A stretch of DNA of 46,724 nucleotides from a virus (IMGVR_UViG_2579778634_000020), one strand, 5' to 3'; shown: positions 29,644 to 37,795, counted from the stretch's first letter. Made by a program: numbers and translations. The notes: generated from the letters alone by a model not told the origin.

Positions 29644-29652
29644 ATTTTACCA
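29644..29652 (-). promoter_or_regulatory. Candidate extended -10 promoter (TGGTAAAAT) for the moron
   Basis: Minus strand reads TGGTAAAAT about 25 nt upstream of the RBS. No good -35 element. Confidence 0.35.
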
Positions 29653-29721
29653 GAATGTCTCGATTCTAGGTATTCCGCCAGGAATCGCGCTCCAGAAATG
29701 AAACATCAGGTTCGCCAGTAC

Positions 29722-29753
29722 CAGAAACAACAAAACCCGCTCAATGGCGGGTT
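29722..29753 (-). terminator. tR'-like terminator downstream of Q, the expected target of Q antitermination
   Basis: AACCCGC/GCGGGTT (29734-29740 with 29747-29753), then TTTGTTGTTT on the minus strand. Lies about 85 nt after the Q stop. Confidence 0.7.
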
Positions 29754-29836
29754 CTGGTAAAGTTCATGCGCTTGGTTCGCCTCGCGATACAGCTTTGCGA
29801 AGCATACCGGAATTGAAGCAGTTTATGCGTAAAAAA

Positions 29837-30379
29837 TCAAGCTATTTTTTGAGCAAATGATTCTCGCATGGGAATATATAGGGCATACTCAGCAACAGCC
29901 AACCAATTAGCAATTCGCTTTTCGCATGTGCTAAAACACCACTCAGGATGTGCATCATTTAGCAATTCAGCCATTTTGCGCTTAGTCATCCCCCGTCCTT
30001 CATACCGTTGCCGGAGGACACTAATCAATCCAGGATGCTCTGCCAGCACCTCACTTATGACTCTATCAATACATAACGCCTCTGCATCAGTACAATGCGC
30101 CAGCCAGGTCTTTTGCTTGCCATTGATCATCTCTCGCAAAAACGCTTCCAGCTCAGGTTTCTCTATTCCCGCTTTTTTCATCCTGCGCAGGGCTTCATTG
30201 ACGGCTGTTTTCGTCAATTTTTTGGATGCCAGCAACTGGTTAAACATATTTCCCGTCTTACCGCCGCCAATATACGACCAGCGCCCCCACATGCGCAGTT
30301 TTCCCTGAATCCAGACACTTTCCAGCGTGGTGAGACGAAGGTGTTCCCCGCTTTTGCCTGTATTTGTTGGGTAAATCAT
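29837..30379 (-). CDS. Late antiterminator Q
   Basis: 180 aa from MIYPTNTGKSGEHL.. with RBS GGAAGG. Last gene before the lysis region. Confidence 0.8.
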   Translation of the reverse strand: MIYPTNTGKSGEHLRLTTLESVWIQGKLRMWGRWSYIGGGKTGNMFNQLLASKKLTKTAVNEALRRMKKAGIEKPELEAFLREMINGKQKTWLAHCTDAEALCIDRVISEVLAEHPGLISVLRQRYEGRGMTKRKMAELLNDAHPEWCFSTCEKRIANWLAVAEYALYIPMRESFAQKIA

Positions 30380-30666
30380 AAATAACCTTCCTTTCTCCAG
30401 ATTTCTTGTGTGCGAAAAACACCTTCTGCATGCATCAGGCGTAATTCTTCTTTGGTGTAATCGCTGGTTTTTACCCGCCCGTCGATTAAATCGTGGCATG
30501 AGCTACAGGCAATCGCTGCCTGCATATCGTGTGGTTTTGTCGCTGTTCCGCACGTCCCCGCCAGCCTGTAATGCGCCAGCACAGATGTTTCGGGATTGTG
30601 ATTGCAGTAGCCAGGAATTCTGACGGTGCACATCTGCCCCCGCGCCGCTTTACGTAAATCCACCAT
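30376..30666 (-). CDS. DUF1364 (YbcO-like) Cys/His-rich putative nuclease
   Basis: 96 aa with C..C...CxxCH pattern (..MCTVRIPGYCNHNP..IACSSCHDLIDG..). Sits in the nin region. Confidence 0.7.
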   Translation of the reverse strand: MVDLRKAARGQMCTVRIPGYCNHNPETSVLAHYRLAGTCGTATKPHDMQAAIACSSCHDLIDGRVKTSDYTKEELRLMHAEGVFRTQEIWRKEGYL

Positions 30667-31265
30667 TACGCAAACTCCAGCAGCTGCGCGGCCACATTTT
30701 CGACTTGTTCCGGAGAGGAAAATTTACGGAACAGAATCCAGTTCCACAGCACATTCAGAACAGATTTATAAACCTGCTGAAACTCGGTTTCGTCCATATT
30801 CGCAAAAGCGATAGATTTTGCCCGACGCCCGCGGCTACCGTCCTGATAAAAATGTTCGGTGTAAAATCCAGCCTGAATGGTTACCCACTCGCGAAAAGCC
30901 TCAAACGACTTTAGCAATGCCGTATCCCGGGTTCTGCGTGTCGCAACTGTATTCAGATATTGCTCTGCGGCATCACTCAGGGCTGGCGTGTGTTCCCGAC
31001 CAACTGATTCGCACAGGTAATCAACGAAACCAGACAGCAGTTCTCGTTCGCGAGGCGTGATCGCCCCACCGACCGGAGTCCAGTAATCGAATCCCAGTTG
31101 CAGGAGTTTGAAAAAACGCTTGTGGAATGCGTAGTTACGCACACGCTTAAAGTCTGCGTGTATCCACTCGCCTATTTTGATTTGATGCAGAAAATCACAA
31201 CTCTCCGGCGTCGCCGGGAGAAGTAATCCGGAAGAGGTTTGTTTGACCAGTTGTATATGCGCCAT
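30666..31265 (-). CDS. DUF1367 (YbcN/YdfU-like) nin-region protein
   Basis: 199 aa. N-terminus ..IHADFKRVRNYAFHKRFFKLLQLGFDYW.. as remembered for the family. Confidence 0.65.
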   Translation of the reverse strand: MAHIQLVKQTSSGLLLPATPESCDFLHQIKIGEWIHADFKRVRNYAFHKRFFKLLQLGFDYWTPVGGAITPRERELLSGFVDYLCESVGREHTPALSDAAEQYLNTVATRRTRDTALLKSFEAFREWVTIQAGFYTEHFYQDGSRGRRAKSIAFANMDETEFQQVYKSVLNVLWNWILFRKFSSPEQVENVAAQLLEFA

Positions 31266-31537
31266 TTCTTAATCTCTCGATGGCGCAGCGCAGCAGATGC
31301 CAGTTGTTCAGGCTGACGTATGAAGTATAAATAAACTGGCTCCAGTGTAAAGCCCCACCTTAATGGAATAAAAACCAAACAACAGATTGCTGGGATACAA
31401 ACAACGCTTATTATTAAAAGCGGTTAAACAAATTAAATTTTAATGTTATGCAAATCTGCCAGATCACCATAATATCTCATTTGAAAACCGCTGAAATAAC
31501 AACCCTATTAGGGTTAATCATATTAAGGTGAGTAAAT

Positions 31538-31624
31538 ATGGAAAACAACAAATCTGCACATTACGTTCCTTTTTTATCTGTAATACTTTTTGTTTTATGC
31601 TGTGCGTGGGCATTATTTTTATAA
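31538..31624 (+). CDS. Possible 28-aa hydrophobic peptide
   Basis: RBS AAGGTGAG. Translation is MENNKSAHYVPFLSVILFVLCCAWALFL*. Preceded by the palindrome AACCCTATTAGGGTT (31501-31515). Confidence 0.3.
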   Translation: MENNKSAHYVPFLSVILFVLCCAWALFL

Positions 31625-31635
31625 AAATATTCACA

Positions 31636-31672
31636 GATAAAATATACCCGCCAAAGTTGGTTAAGTGCGGGT
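31636..31672 (-). terminator. Terminator of the hok-like mRNA
   Basis: ACCCGC...GCGGGT hairpin, then ATATTTTAT on the minus strand. Confidence 0.6.
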
Positions 31673-31730
31673 GCGTTGAGGATGCCTGACTCATCAGAGG
31701 TGGCGAGGGATTTCTCCCTCGCCTGGTCTC

Positions 31731-31883
31731 TCACTCCTCAGGTTCGTAAGCTGTGAAGACAGCGACCTCCGTCTGACCGGTTCGGATTTGTACCTCGCAG
31801 AAGTCTTTCCTTGTTACCAGTGCCATCACAACGACGGTAATACAGATGACAATCAGGGCGGTTAACATCGTCTTTTGCTGCAT
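31731..31883 (-). CDS. Hok/Gef-family type I membrane toxin, 50 aa (below the ORF track's apparent ~60-aa minimum)
   Basis: Translation is MQQKTMLTALIVICITVVVMALVTRKDFCEVQIRTGQTEVAVFTAYEPEE*. It matches the Hok consensus (..LIVICxTxxxxxxLTRKxLCEVRIRxGxTEVAxFxAYE..). Confidence 0.9.
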   Translation of the reverse strand: MQQKTMLTALIVICITVVVMALVTRKDFCEVQIRTGQTEVAVFTAYEPEE

Positions 31884-31897
31884 CACAGCCTACTTAC

Positions 31898-31932
31898 CCT
31901 TACCTTTCGTTCAAGCGGTAAGGTCACTTTTT
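31898..31932 (+). ncRNA. Candidate 3' hairpin/terminator of a Sok-like antisense RNA
   Basis: CCTTACC/GGTAAGG (31898-31904 with 31917-31923), then TCACTTTTT. Lies antisense to the hok leader. Neither the promoter nor the 5' end was located. Confidence 0.35.
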
Positions 31933-32031
31933 CTGTTGTGTGCTAACCAACAAACCTCTTTTATCTGCATTAAAAATCGTTATCATGTCATCCTCAACCT
32001 GTTAATAGCCTATTATGGACTTTAGTAAACA

Positions 32032-33861
32032 ATGAGCACTTCCGCATACAAGAGCAAAATTCGAACACTCCAGTGCGCGTTAAAAAACGGTGAATTTGAA
32101 CCATTCATACAACATATCCGTTTTCCATACTTTAAAAATATAGAGCAGAATGCAAGGATCGATTTTCAGTTCCCTATAACGGCTTTAGTAGGAAAAAATG
32201 GAACTAATAAAAGTTCTGTTATCAAAGCGCTATTTGGTTGCCCACATGGTAAAAATATAACTCGTTATTGGTTCACAACTGAAACAGATGAGTTTCCTGA
32301 CCTAAAACTTGCTGATGGCAGTTCTCTTAAACCTAGATATATATATGGATATAAAAATGCTGATGGCCGTTTAGTTGAAATACTCCAAGCACGTATCAAT
32401 GCTACCAAGAAAACAATCGATTATTGGGAAACAAGTCGACCATCTGTTGGTGATAACATGGAGAGTATTTCGGATGATCTGGGTGCTAATAGTAATGCAA
32501 CCAGATGGAAAAAAATCAAGAAGGGATTGGTTTTCCTAGATTTCAGATCGGAAATAAGTGCATTTGATAGATGTATGTATCACTCTGATTTTAAATTAAG
32601 AAAGAAGAAGAGTGGTGTATTAATTACAAAGCAAGACTATATCAGAAGCAAATCTAAATATATAAAGAAAGCTTTTGATGAAAAGCTAAGTAATTTAAGA
32701 CTCTGGGGGGCGGAAACCATTGTTAAAAATATAACCTTGGCGCCAGAACTAGTTGAGCACGTCTCATTTATATTAGGGAAAAAATATAAAGTCATTAAAT
32801 TTCTTGAGCATCGGTTATTTGGAACCAGAGGAGGAACCGCTTTACTTTCAACTGATAAGTTGAACTATACAGAAGCGTTTGCTGGAAGTGGTGAATTTGC
32901 AATAGTTTCACTAATACTCAATATTTATTCGGCCAAACCTAATTCATTAATTCTTCTTGACGAACCAGAAGTTTCACTTCACCCTGGTGCACAAAAAAGG
33001 ATGATGGATGTTCTGTACTCTATTGTTGAGCAGAAAAAACATCAAGTGGTAATATCAACCCATTCTCCTGTTATTGTGAACACTCTTCCCAAAGATGCCA
33101 TTAAATTATTTGTTTTTGATGAAGAGAGTGAAACAGCTAAAATAGTTCAAAATATAGCACCGGATGAAGCTTTTATAGAGCTAGGGCATGATATTAACAA
33201 GAAAACAATAATTGTAGAAGATAAATTAGCTAAAGCAATTATAGATAAAGCGATTAAAAATGATGAAAGATTAAGCTTATCATTTAGTGTAAGTTATATA
33301 CCAGGTGGTTCGGAGACCATTTTAAGCAAGCATCTTCCCAGTTACGCTGTGGTAGAACGCAATGATATTTTGTTTTTACTTGATGGTGATAAAAACAAAA
33401 AAATAAAACCAGTAAGAATTAGTGAAATTGCTGATGCTGATTTAGTTAATACAATGTGCAAATATTATGGTTGCGAGTTAATTATCAATGCCAGTGGTAG
33501 TAATGGCAAAAAAAATGAACAAGAATCTAATAGACTCAAAAGGCAAGTGCTTGAGTATGCATTCAATAAAGTGCAGTATTTACCATTTGATACTCCCGAA
33601 CAATTACTCATTGAAAAGGCAATTACGCCAAGTGAAAAAGAAATAATTGATTCACAGACCTGGAGTTCTAATGATCCAGAACTGTATAAGAATCAAATAA
33701 GATTATTAGCGCAACACCTGTATGATAAAGAAGAAGTAAATGCAGAGGAAATTTTTTGCCTCCAACAAATGATGACCGCAAGACTTAAAAATGAATTGCC
33801 TGAATTTATAAAAATAAGAAAAATAATTACTCAGGCTCTTGACCGTGGTATCATTAGGTAG
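32032..33861 (+). CDS. ABC-type (AAA_15/21-like) ATPase fused to a C-terminal Toprim/DUF4435-like region; OLD/PARIS-like architecture
   Basis: Walker A GKNGTNKS (aa 54-61), signature-like AGSGE (aa 284-288), Walker B LILLDE (aa 306-311), H-loop STHSP (aa 342-346). C-terminal IIVED (aa 393-397), PGGSE (aa 424-428) and LLDGDKN (aa 449-455) resemble the Toprim E..DxD pattern. Confidence 0.8.
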   Translation: MSTSAYKSKIRTLQCALKNGEFEPFIQHIRFPYFKNIEQNARIDFQFPITALVGKNGTNKSSVIKALFGCPHGKNITRYWFTTETDEFPDLKLADGSSLKPRYIYGYKNADGRLVEILQARINATKKTIDYWETSRPSVGDNMESISDDLGANSNATRWKKIKKGLVFLDFRSEISAFDRCMYHSDFKLRKKKSGVLITKQDYIRSKSKYIKKAFDEKLSNLRLWGAETIVKNITLAPELVEHVSFILGKKYKVIKFLEHRLFGTRGGTALLSTDKLNYTEAFAGSGEFAIVSLILNIYSAKPNSLILLDEPEVSLHPGAQKRMMDVLYSIVEQKKHQVVISTHSPVIVNTLPKDAIKLFVFDEESETAKIVQNIAPDEAFIELGHDINKKTIIVEDKLAKAIIDKAIKNDERLSLSFSVSYIPGGSETILSKHLPSYAVVERNDILFLLDGDKNKKIKPVRISEIADADLVNTMCKYYGCELIINASGSNGKKNEQESNRLKRQVLEYAFNKVQYLPFDTPEQLLIEKAITPSEKEIIDSQTWSSNDPELYKNQIRLLAQHLYDKEEVNAEEIFCLQQMMTARLKNELPEFIKIRKIITQALDRGIIR

Positions 33862-33884
33862 TGATTCTGGATGCAGAGGGAAAA

Positions 33885-34925
33885 ATGAAAAAAATCAAAG
33901 TGTTTGACTTCTTTTCCGGTTGTGGTGGAACCAGCCAAGGTTTCCATCAAGCTGGAATGGATATTGTTTTTGGCCTCGATTTCGACGTTGATGCAGCCAG
34001 TTCATTTCGTGCAAATTTCCCGCAGGCTGCTTTTATTAACTCGGACATTAGGTTAATCGACAACAATGCCATAAACAAGTTAGTAAAAAAACATCGTAAT
34101 GATTACATTCTTTTTTCAGGATGTGCGCCTTGTCAACCGTACTCTAAGCAAAACTCAAATAAGAAAAATGATGATCCACGATTAGATCTATTAAAGGAAT
34201 TCAGTCGCTTTGTAGAGCATTATATGCCTGATTTTATTTTTGTTGAAAACGTGCCAGGAATGCAAAAGTTTAACAAAAATGAAGGAACATTCATGATGTT
34301 TTTAGAAATGCTTTCATCAAAGGGATATAGTGTAGATTATAAAGTAATGCCAGCTGCGTGGTACGGTGTACCACAGACGCGAGAAAGATTAGTGCTCATT
34401 GCATCCAAGGATTTTTATGTCGCATTGCCTTCTCCTACACATGGGGTTGGAAATACTCCCTATTCAACAGTAAAGGACTGGATCGCTAATTTACCGAAGA
34501 TAGAAGCAGGAGAAAAGCATAATAGTATTCCTGATCATGAAGCTGCACGCTTATCAGAGCTTAATTTACGTAGAATAAAATGCACTCCTGAAGGTGGAAG
34601 TCGAGAATTTTGGCCAGATGAATTGATTTTAGAATGCCATCGTAACCATAAAGGGCATACAGACGTATATGGACGTTTGAGTTGGGACAAACCAGCCAGC
34701 GGACTAACAACTCGTTGTATTAGCTATTCAAATGGACGTTTTGGACATCCAACACAAAATCGAGCAATATCGGTTCGTGAAGCAGCGTGTCTACAAACAT
34801 TTCCTTTGGATTATAAATTTATTGGTTCTTTGCAATCTCGGGCTCGTCAAATAGGAAATGCGGTCCCTCCGAAGATGTCTGAAACGATTGGAAAACATTT
34901 GCTTAATATAATCAAAGCCTCCTAG
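33885..34925 (+). CDS. DNA (cytosine-5) methyltransferase
   Basis: All conserved motifs are present: I DFFSGCGG, IV GCAPCQPYS, VI FVENVPG, VIII QTRERL, IX SVREAACLQTFP, X GNAVPP. ATG at 33885 follows GAGGG. The ORF track starts it at GTG 33861. Confidence 0.95.
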   Translation: MKKIKVFDFFSGCGGTSQGFHQAGMDIVFGLDFDVDAASSFRANFPQAAFINSDIRLIDNNAINKLVKKHRNDYILFSGCAPCQPYSKQNSNKKNDDPRLDLLKEFSRFVEHYMPDFIFVENVPGMQKFNKNEGTFMMFLEMLSSKGYSVDYKVMPAAWYGVPQTRERLVLIASKDFYVALPSPTHGVGNTPYSTVKDWIANLPKIEAGEKHNSIPDHEAARLSELNLRRIKCTPEGGSREFWPDELILECHRNHKGHTDVYGRLSWDKPASGLTTRCISYSNGRFGHPTQNRAISVREAACLQTFPLDYKFIGSLQSRARQIGNAVPPKMSETIGKHLLNIIKAS

Positions 34926-34940
34926 GAGGCTTTATTTTAT
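34914..34940. terminator. Bidirectional terminator closing the cassette
   Basis: GCCTCC TA GGAGGC (34917-34930), flanked by an A-run upstream and TTTATTTTAT downstream. The MTase stop codon lies in the loop. Confidence 0.7.
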
Positions 34941-34958
34941 TGTTATCCCCCCTAGTAG

Positions 34959-35390
34959 TTAATCGTGCTCACCAGACAACCTCCTGAAATTACTCTGGTA
35001 AAATGCCAGTACACGCTGCATAACTTCGCTTTTCCGGCACTCGCGACAGATTATATTCAGGCGCCTGTCGTAGCGGCGTATTTCTCCGTCTGGTAATGAC
35101 CAGATAAGGTCAGGATCAACCACAACCGTTTTTTTCACCTTTGCCCTGGATAGTTTTTTGCGGGCGTTTTGCCAGTCCTTACGAGCCTGCTCAGACGGGA
35201 ATAATCCGTAGCCTGAATTGTAAACATCACCACTGGCGACCAGTTCTCTGGCGAGAGTGCTTATGTAATACCTTGATGCACCGGTTTTAGCCTCCAGAGC
35301 CCGTAACGTCTCGCGACCGCTCAGACGTACAAGTTCAACAACCTGCCCTTTAATTTTTTCCCGCTCTTCTGGTGTAAATACTTTTGCCAT
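34959..35390 (-). CDS. Hypothetical phage protein with a putative HTH, 143 aa
   Basis: RBS GGAGG before MAKVFTPEERE... Positioned after the replication module. Confidence 0.7.
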   Translation of the reverse strand: MAKVFTPEEREKIKGQVVELVRLSGRETLRALEAKTGASRYYISTLARELVASGDVYNSGYGLFPSEQARKDWQNARKKLSRAKVKKTVVVDPDLIWSLPDGEIRRYDRRLNIICRECRKSEVMQRVLAFYQSNFRRLSGEHD

Positions 35391-35405
35391 AGGTGCCTCC
35401 GGCAA

Positions 35406-36167
35406 TCACTTTTCCGACACAATACGACTGGAGGAATCGAAAATCTGTCGAACAATATCCCGGTGCTTGTTCAGCTCCCGCAGCGCGGCGCAGACTCGCT
35501 CCCACTTCTGGACATGATTTTTCGCCCGACGCAGTTCACGGTTTGCCATATGCAGCGATGGTAAAATCAGGTTATCCGCTTGCGTTTCAGTAAACGATGG
35601 CAACGACTGCACAATGTCCGCCACAGTTTCTGTTTTAATATCTTCCTGTGTTGCAGCTTCCTGTACTGGTAACGCAACACCGGCTAGCTGAGGAAAGGCT
35701 TTACCATCTGTTTCCGCTACCGATGCAGCTTTCGGCTCTGCTGGTAAATTACCGCCCGGCATGCAGTAACGAAATTTACCGTTCTGATTAACGCGAATCA
35801 GACGAGCTTTGCTGATTGCCATTGCCAGCGTTGAAGCCACTTTGCGGGATGTGGTACCGAACACCGTAGCCAGTTCATCCGCAGTTAGTGGACCACGTTG
35901 TTCAATCGTCGCAGTTAAATCGCTCTCTGAAATTTTCGCGACTGTTGCCGTGGTAGTTTCTTCCGGCAGTTCTGCCGGCGCTGGCTGTTCCTGCTGAACG
36001 TTGTTATCAGCCACACGCCAGGTGTACGCGCTTTTATCAACGAAACCAGCCTTTTTCAGTTCCCATAGTTCGTTCAGCACTTCTTCACGGCTGATATCAA
36101 GTCGCGCAGCAAGTTCTATGGATGTGGCTTTTCCCATTGCTTTCAGTGCGTCAAAAACAGTCTCCAT
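35406..36167 (-). CDS. Hypothetical protein with two winged-helix-like modules (DUF1627-like)
   Basis: RBS GGGAGA before [23 protein letters not shown]... A second similar module is ..[32 protein letters not shown]... Confidence 0.7.
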   Translation of the reverse strand: METVFDALKAMGKATSIELAARLDISREEVLNELWELKKAGFVDKSAYTWRVADNNVQQEQPAPAELPEETTTATVAKISESDLTATIEQRGPLTADELATVFGTTSRKVASTLAMAISKARLIRVNQNGKFRYCMPGGNLPAEPKAASVAETDGKAFPQLAGVALPVQEAATQEDIKTETVADIVQSLPSFTETQADNLILPSLHMANRELRRAKNHVQKWERVCAALRELNKHRDIVRQIFDSSSRIVSEK

Positions 36168-36189
36168 TAAATTTTTCTCCCGGTAAAAA

Positions 36190-36936
36190 TTACTTCGCAA
36201 TTCCTGGCTGGACGACATTCGGACGCCAGCTCTCCCAGTTAAAATTCACCCATCGCCCGCCGTTCATGGTCATGCGATCCATAATCCTCTCGCCGAGCAA
36301 TGTTTTCATGGCCTCATAATTCAGGTTTGTCAGCATCCCCACGCTGCGCATCGACGCTGTCCGGCGATCAACAATCTGGTGCAGCACCACCTGCTCGTTT
36401 TTTGTCTCGCGCTGAATGCCAATTTCATCAAGAACCAGCAGATCCACTTGGCACAGTTCCCGCAAAAATTTTTCGCCTGATTGCCCGTCGTCATAGCTGG
36501 CGTGTAGGGCACTCATGACATCAGCCACGGTAACCACAATCACTGTCTGGCCATCTTTCAGCAGGCGATTCCCGATAGCTGCCGCTAAGTGGTTCTTCCC
36601 GGTACCAGGTTTTCCGCTGAACGCAAAATTTGTACACCCGGTCATCAGTTCATCAGCGATGGATTTCGCCTGACTCAACGCGTATCGCTGCCCTTCGTTC
36701 TGCACCTGGTAATTCGAAAACGAGCATTTGCGGTGCAATGGCTGGATGCCAGAGCGATTCAGAATTTTTTCCACCCGCAACTGACGATTCTGACGGTTGA
36801 TCTCCTCACAACGTTTCTGGCCTTCGGAAAGTTGCCACTCGCGCCACTCCGCTACCGTCTTGAATGGCGCGGTTACATGCGACGGGGCCAGTCTGCGGAT
36901 ACGTTCAAGAACGTCGCCTGTCGCAATATTTTTCAT
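36190..36936 (-). CDS. DnaC-like helicase loader ATPase (YdaV-like)
   Basis: Walker [12 protein letters not shown] and Walker B LLVLDEIG. 248 aa. Confidence 0.9.
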   Translation of the reverse strand: MKNIATGDVLERIRRLAPSHVTAPFKTVAEWREWQLSEGQKRCEEINRQNRQLRVEKILNRSGIQPLHRKCSFSNYQVQNEGQRYALSQAKSIADELMTGCTNFAFSGKPGTGKNHLAAAIGNRLLKDGQTVIVVTVADVMSALHASYDDGQSGEKFLRELCQVDLLVLDEIGIQRETKNEQVVLHQIVDRRTASMRSVGMLTNLNYEAMKTLLGERIMDRMTMNGGRWVNFNWESWRPNVVQPGIAK

Positions 36937-36942
36937 GGTCAG

Positions 36943-37731
36943 TTACCCCCTGAAGCCTGGCGGGATCGCACTATCCGGTAACGAGACGGTGTTAACCTGT
37001 CGGAGTAACGTCTCAGGTCGAACACCTTTCGGCGCGAACAAGCCCTGGTATTCGTTGGCGATGCTGTGTCGAATCACCTGCTCAGGTGAAAAACCCTGCT
37101 GGCGGAATTTTTCCAGCTCCCGTATCGCCCCGTTAGCGCCCTGCTCCGTTCGAATCGGTTTTCGCAATGCCTGCCTGAACTGAACCCACTCATGCCAGAG
37201 TGTTTCCGGCAACCAGTCAGGCAGCTCGATAGCCTCCGGTTCGAATTTTTTAGACGCTCGTTTTTGGCGAGGGGGATTTAGGGGGAGATAAGTATTTATA
37301 TCTTCCTCTTTCTCTTCCTCTGGTAACGCTTTTTGATCCGTTTTTGTAACGCTGGCAGCGTTACCTTTTCGTTTCAGTTCTCGTATTTTTGTTACTCTCT
37401 CGTTTGTAACCGCCCGTTTTTTAGAGCTTTTCCCGTTATGGCGCTCAAAGTTAGGAAGCGACAACACACCATTAGTTTCGACCAGCCATCCAACCTGAAT
37501 TAACGCATCAGCAAAACCAGCCATAAAAGTGATGCGATCTATTGCACTTTTTGTAACGCCGCGAGCGTTACACTCTGCGTTACCGTCTATCATTTGTTGA
37601 TCCGCCCATGCCCAGAAGCGAATGACTTTCCCTAATGCGGCATCTGGATCAATATTCAGAATCTCAGCAAGCCTGAATATTTCCGGCTTATCCGGCGTAA
37701 TAACTTCGAGCTTTATCCAGTTTGAAGCCAT
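36943..37731 (-). CDS. Replication initiator / replisome organizer (O-like position)
   Basis: 262 aa directly upstream of the DnaC-like gene. Contains internal GTAACGC-N5-GCGTTAC sites. Confidence 0.7.
   Translation of the reverse strand: MASNWIKLEVITPDKPEIFRLAEILNIDPDAALGKVIRFWAWADQQMIDGNAECNARGVTKSAIDRITFMAGFADALIQVGWLVETNGVLSLPNFERHNGKSSKKRAVTNERVTKIRELKRKGNAASVTKTDQKALPEEEKEEDINTYLPLNPPRQKRASKKFEPEAIELPDWLPETLWHEWVQFRQALRKPIRTEQGANGAIRELEKFRQQGFSPEQVIRHSIANEYQGLFAPKGVRPETLLRQVNTVSLPDSAIPPGFRG
37346..37364. repeat. Palindromic site GTAACGC-TGGCA-GCGTTAC
   Basis: Read directly from the sequence. An extra half-site lies at 37323-37329. Confidence 0.85.
37553..37571. repeat. Palindromic site GTAACGC-CGCGA-GCGTTAC
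   Basis: Read directly from the sequence. An extra half-site GCGTTAC lies at 37577-37583. Confidence 0.85.
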
Positions 37732-37744
37732 TTGTTTTCACCTT

Positions 37745-37763
37745 GTAACGCTCGCAGCGTTAC
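37745..37763. repeat. Palindromic site GTAACGC-TCGCA-GCGTTAC, in the intergenic region upstream of the O-like gene
   Basis: Read directly from the sequence. Confidence 0.85.
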
Positions 37764-37773
37764 ATTTAACTGA

Positions 37774-37795
37774 TACCGAACAAAACAGTTCGGTA
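37774..37795 (-). other. Perfect 8-bp stem-loop TACCGAAC-N6-GTTCGGTA after ydaT
   Basis: Read directly from the sequence. No clear U-tract follows. Confidence 0.6.

Noticed and set aside
30376-30666. RusA Holliday-junction resolvase, expected just upstream of Q
   Set aside because: The sequence is Cys/His-rich (..CTVRIPGYCNHNP..CSSCHDLIDG..) and does not resemble the remembered RusA. It fits the DUF1364/YbcO type instead.
33861-33884. GTG start at 33861 for the methyltransferase (the ORF-track start, overlapping the ATPase stop)
   Set aside because: The ATG at 33885 is preceded by GAGGG and begins directly before motif I (MKKIKVFDFFSGCGG). The 8 extra codons are unlikely to be translated, although 1-nt-overlap coupling from the GTG cannot be excluded.
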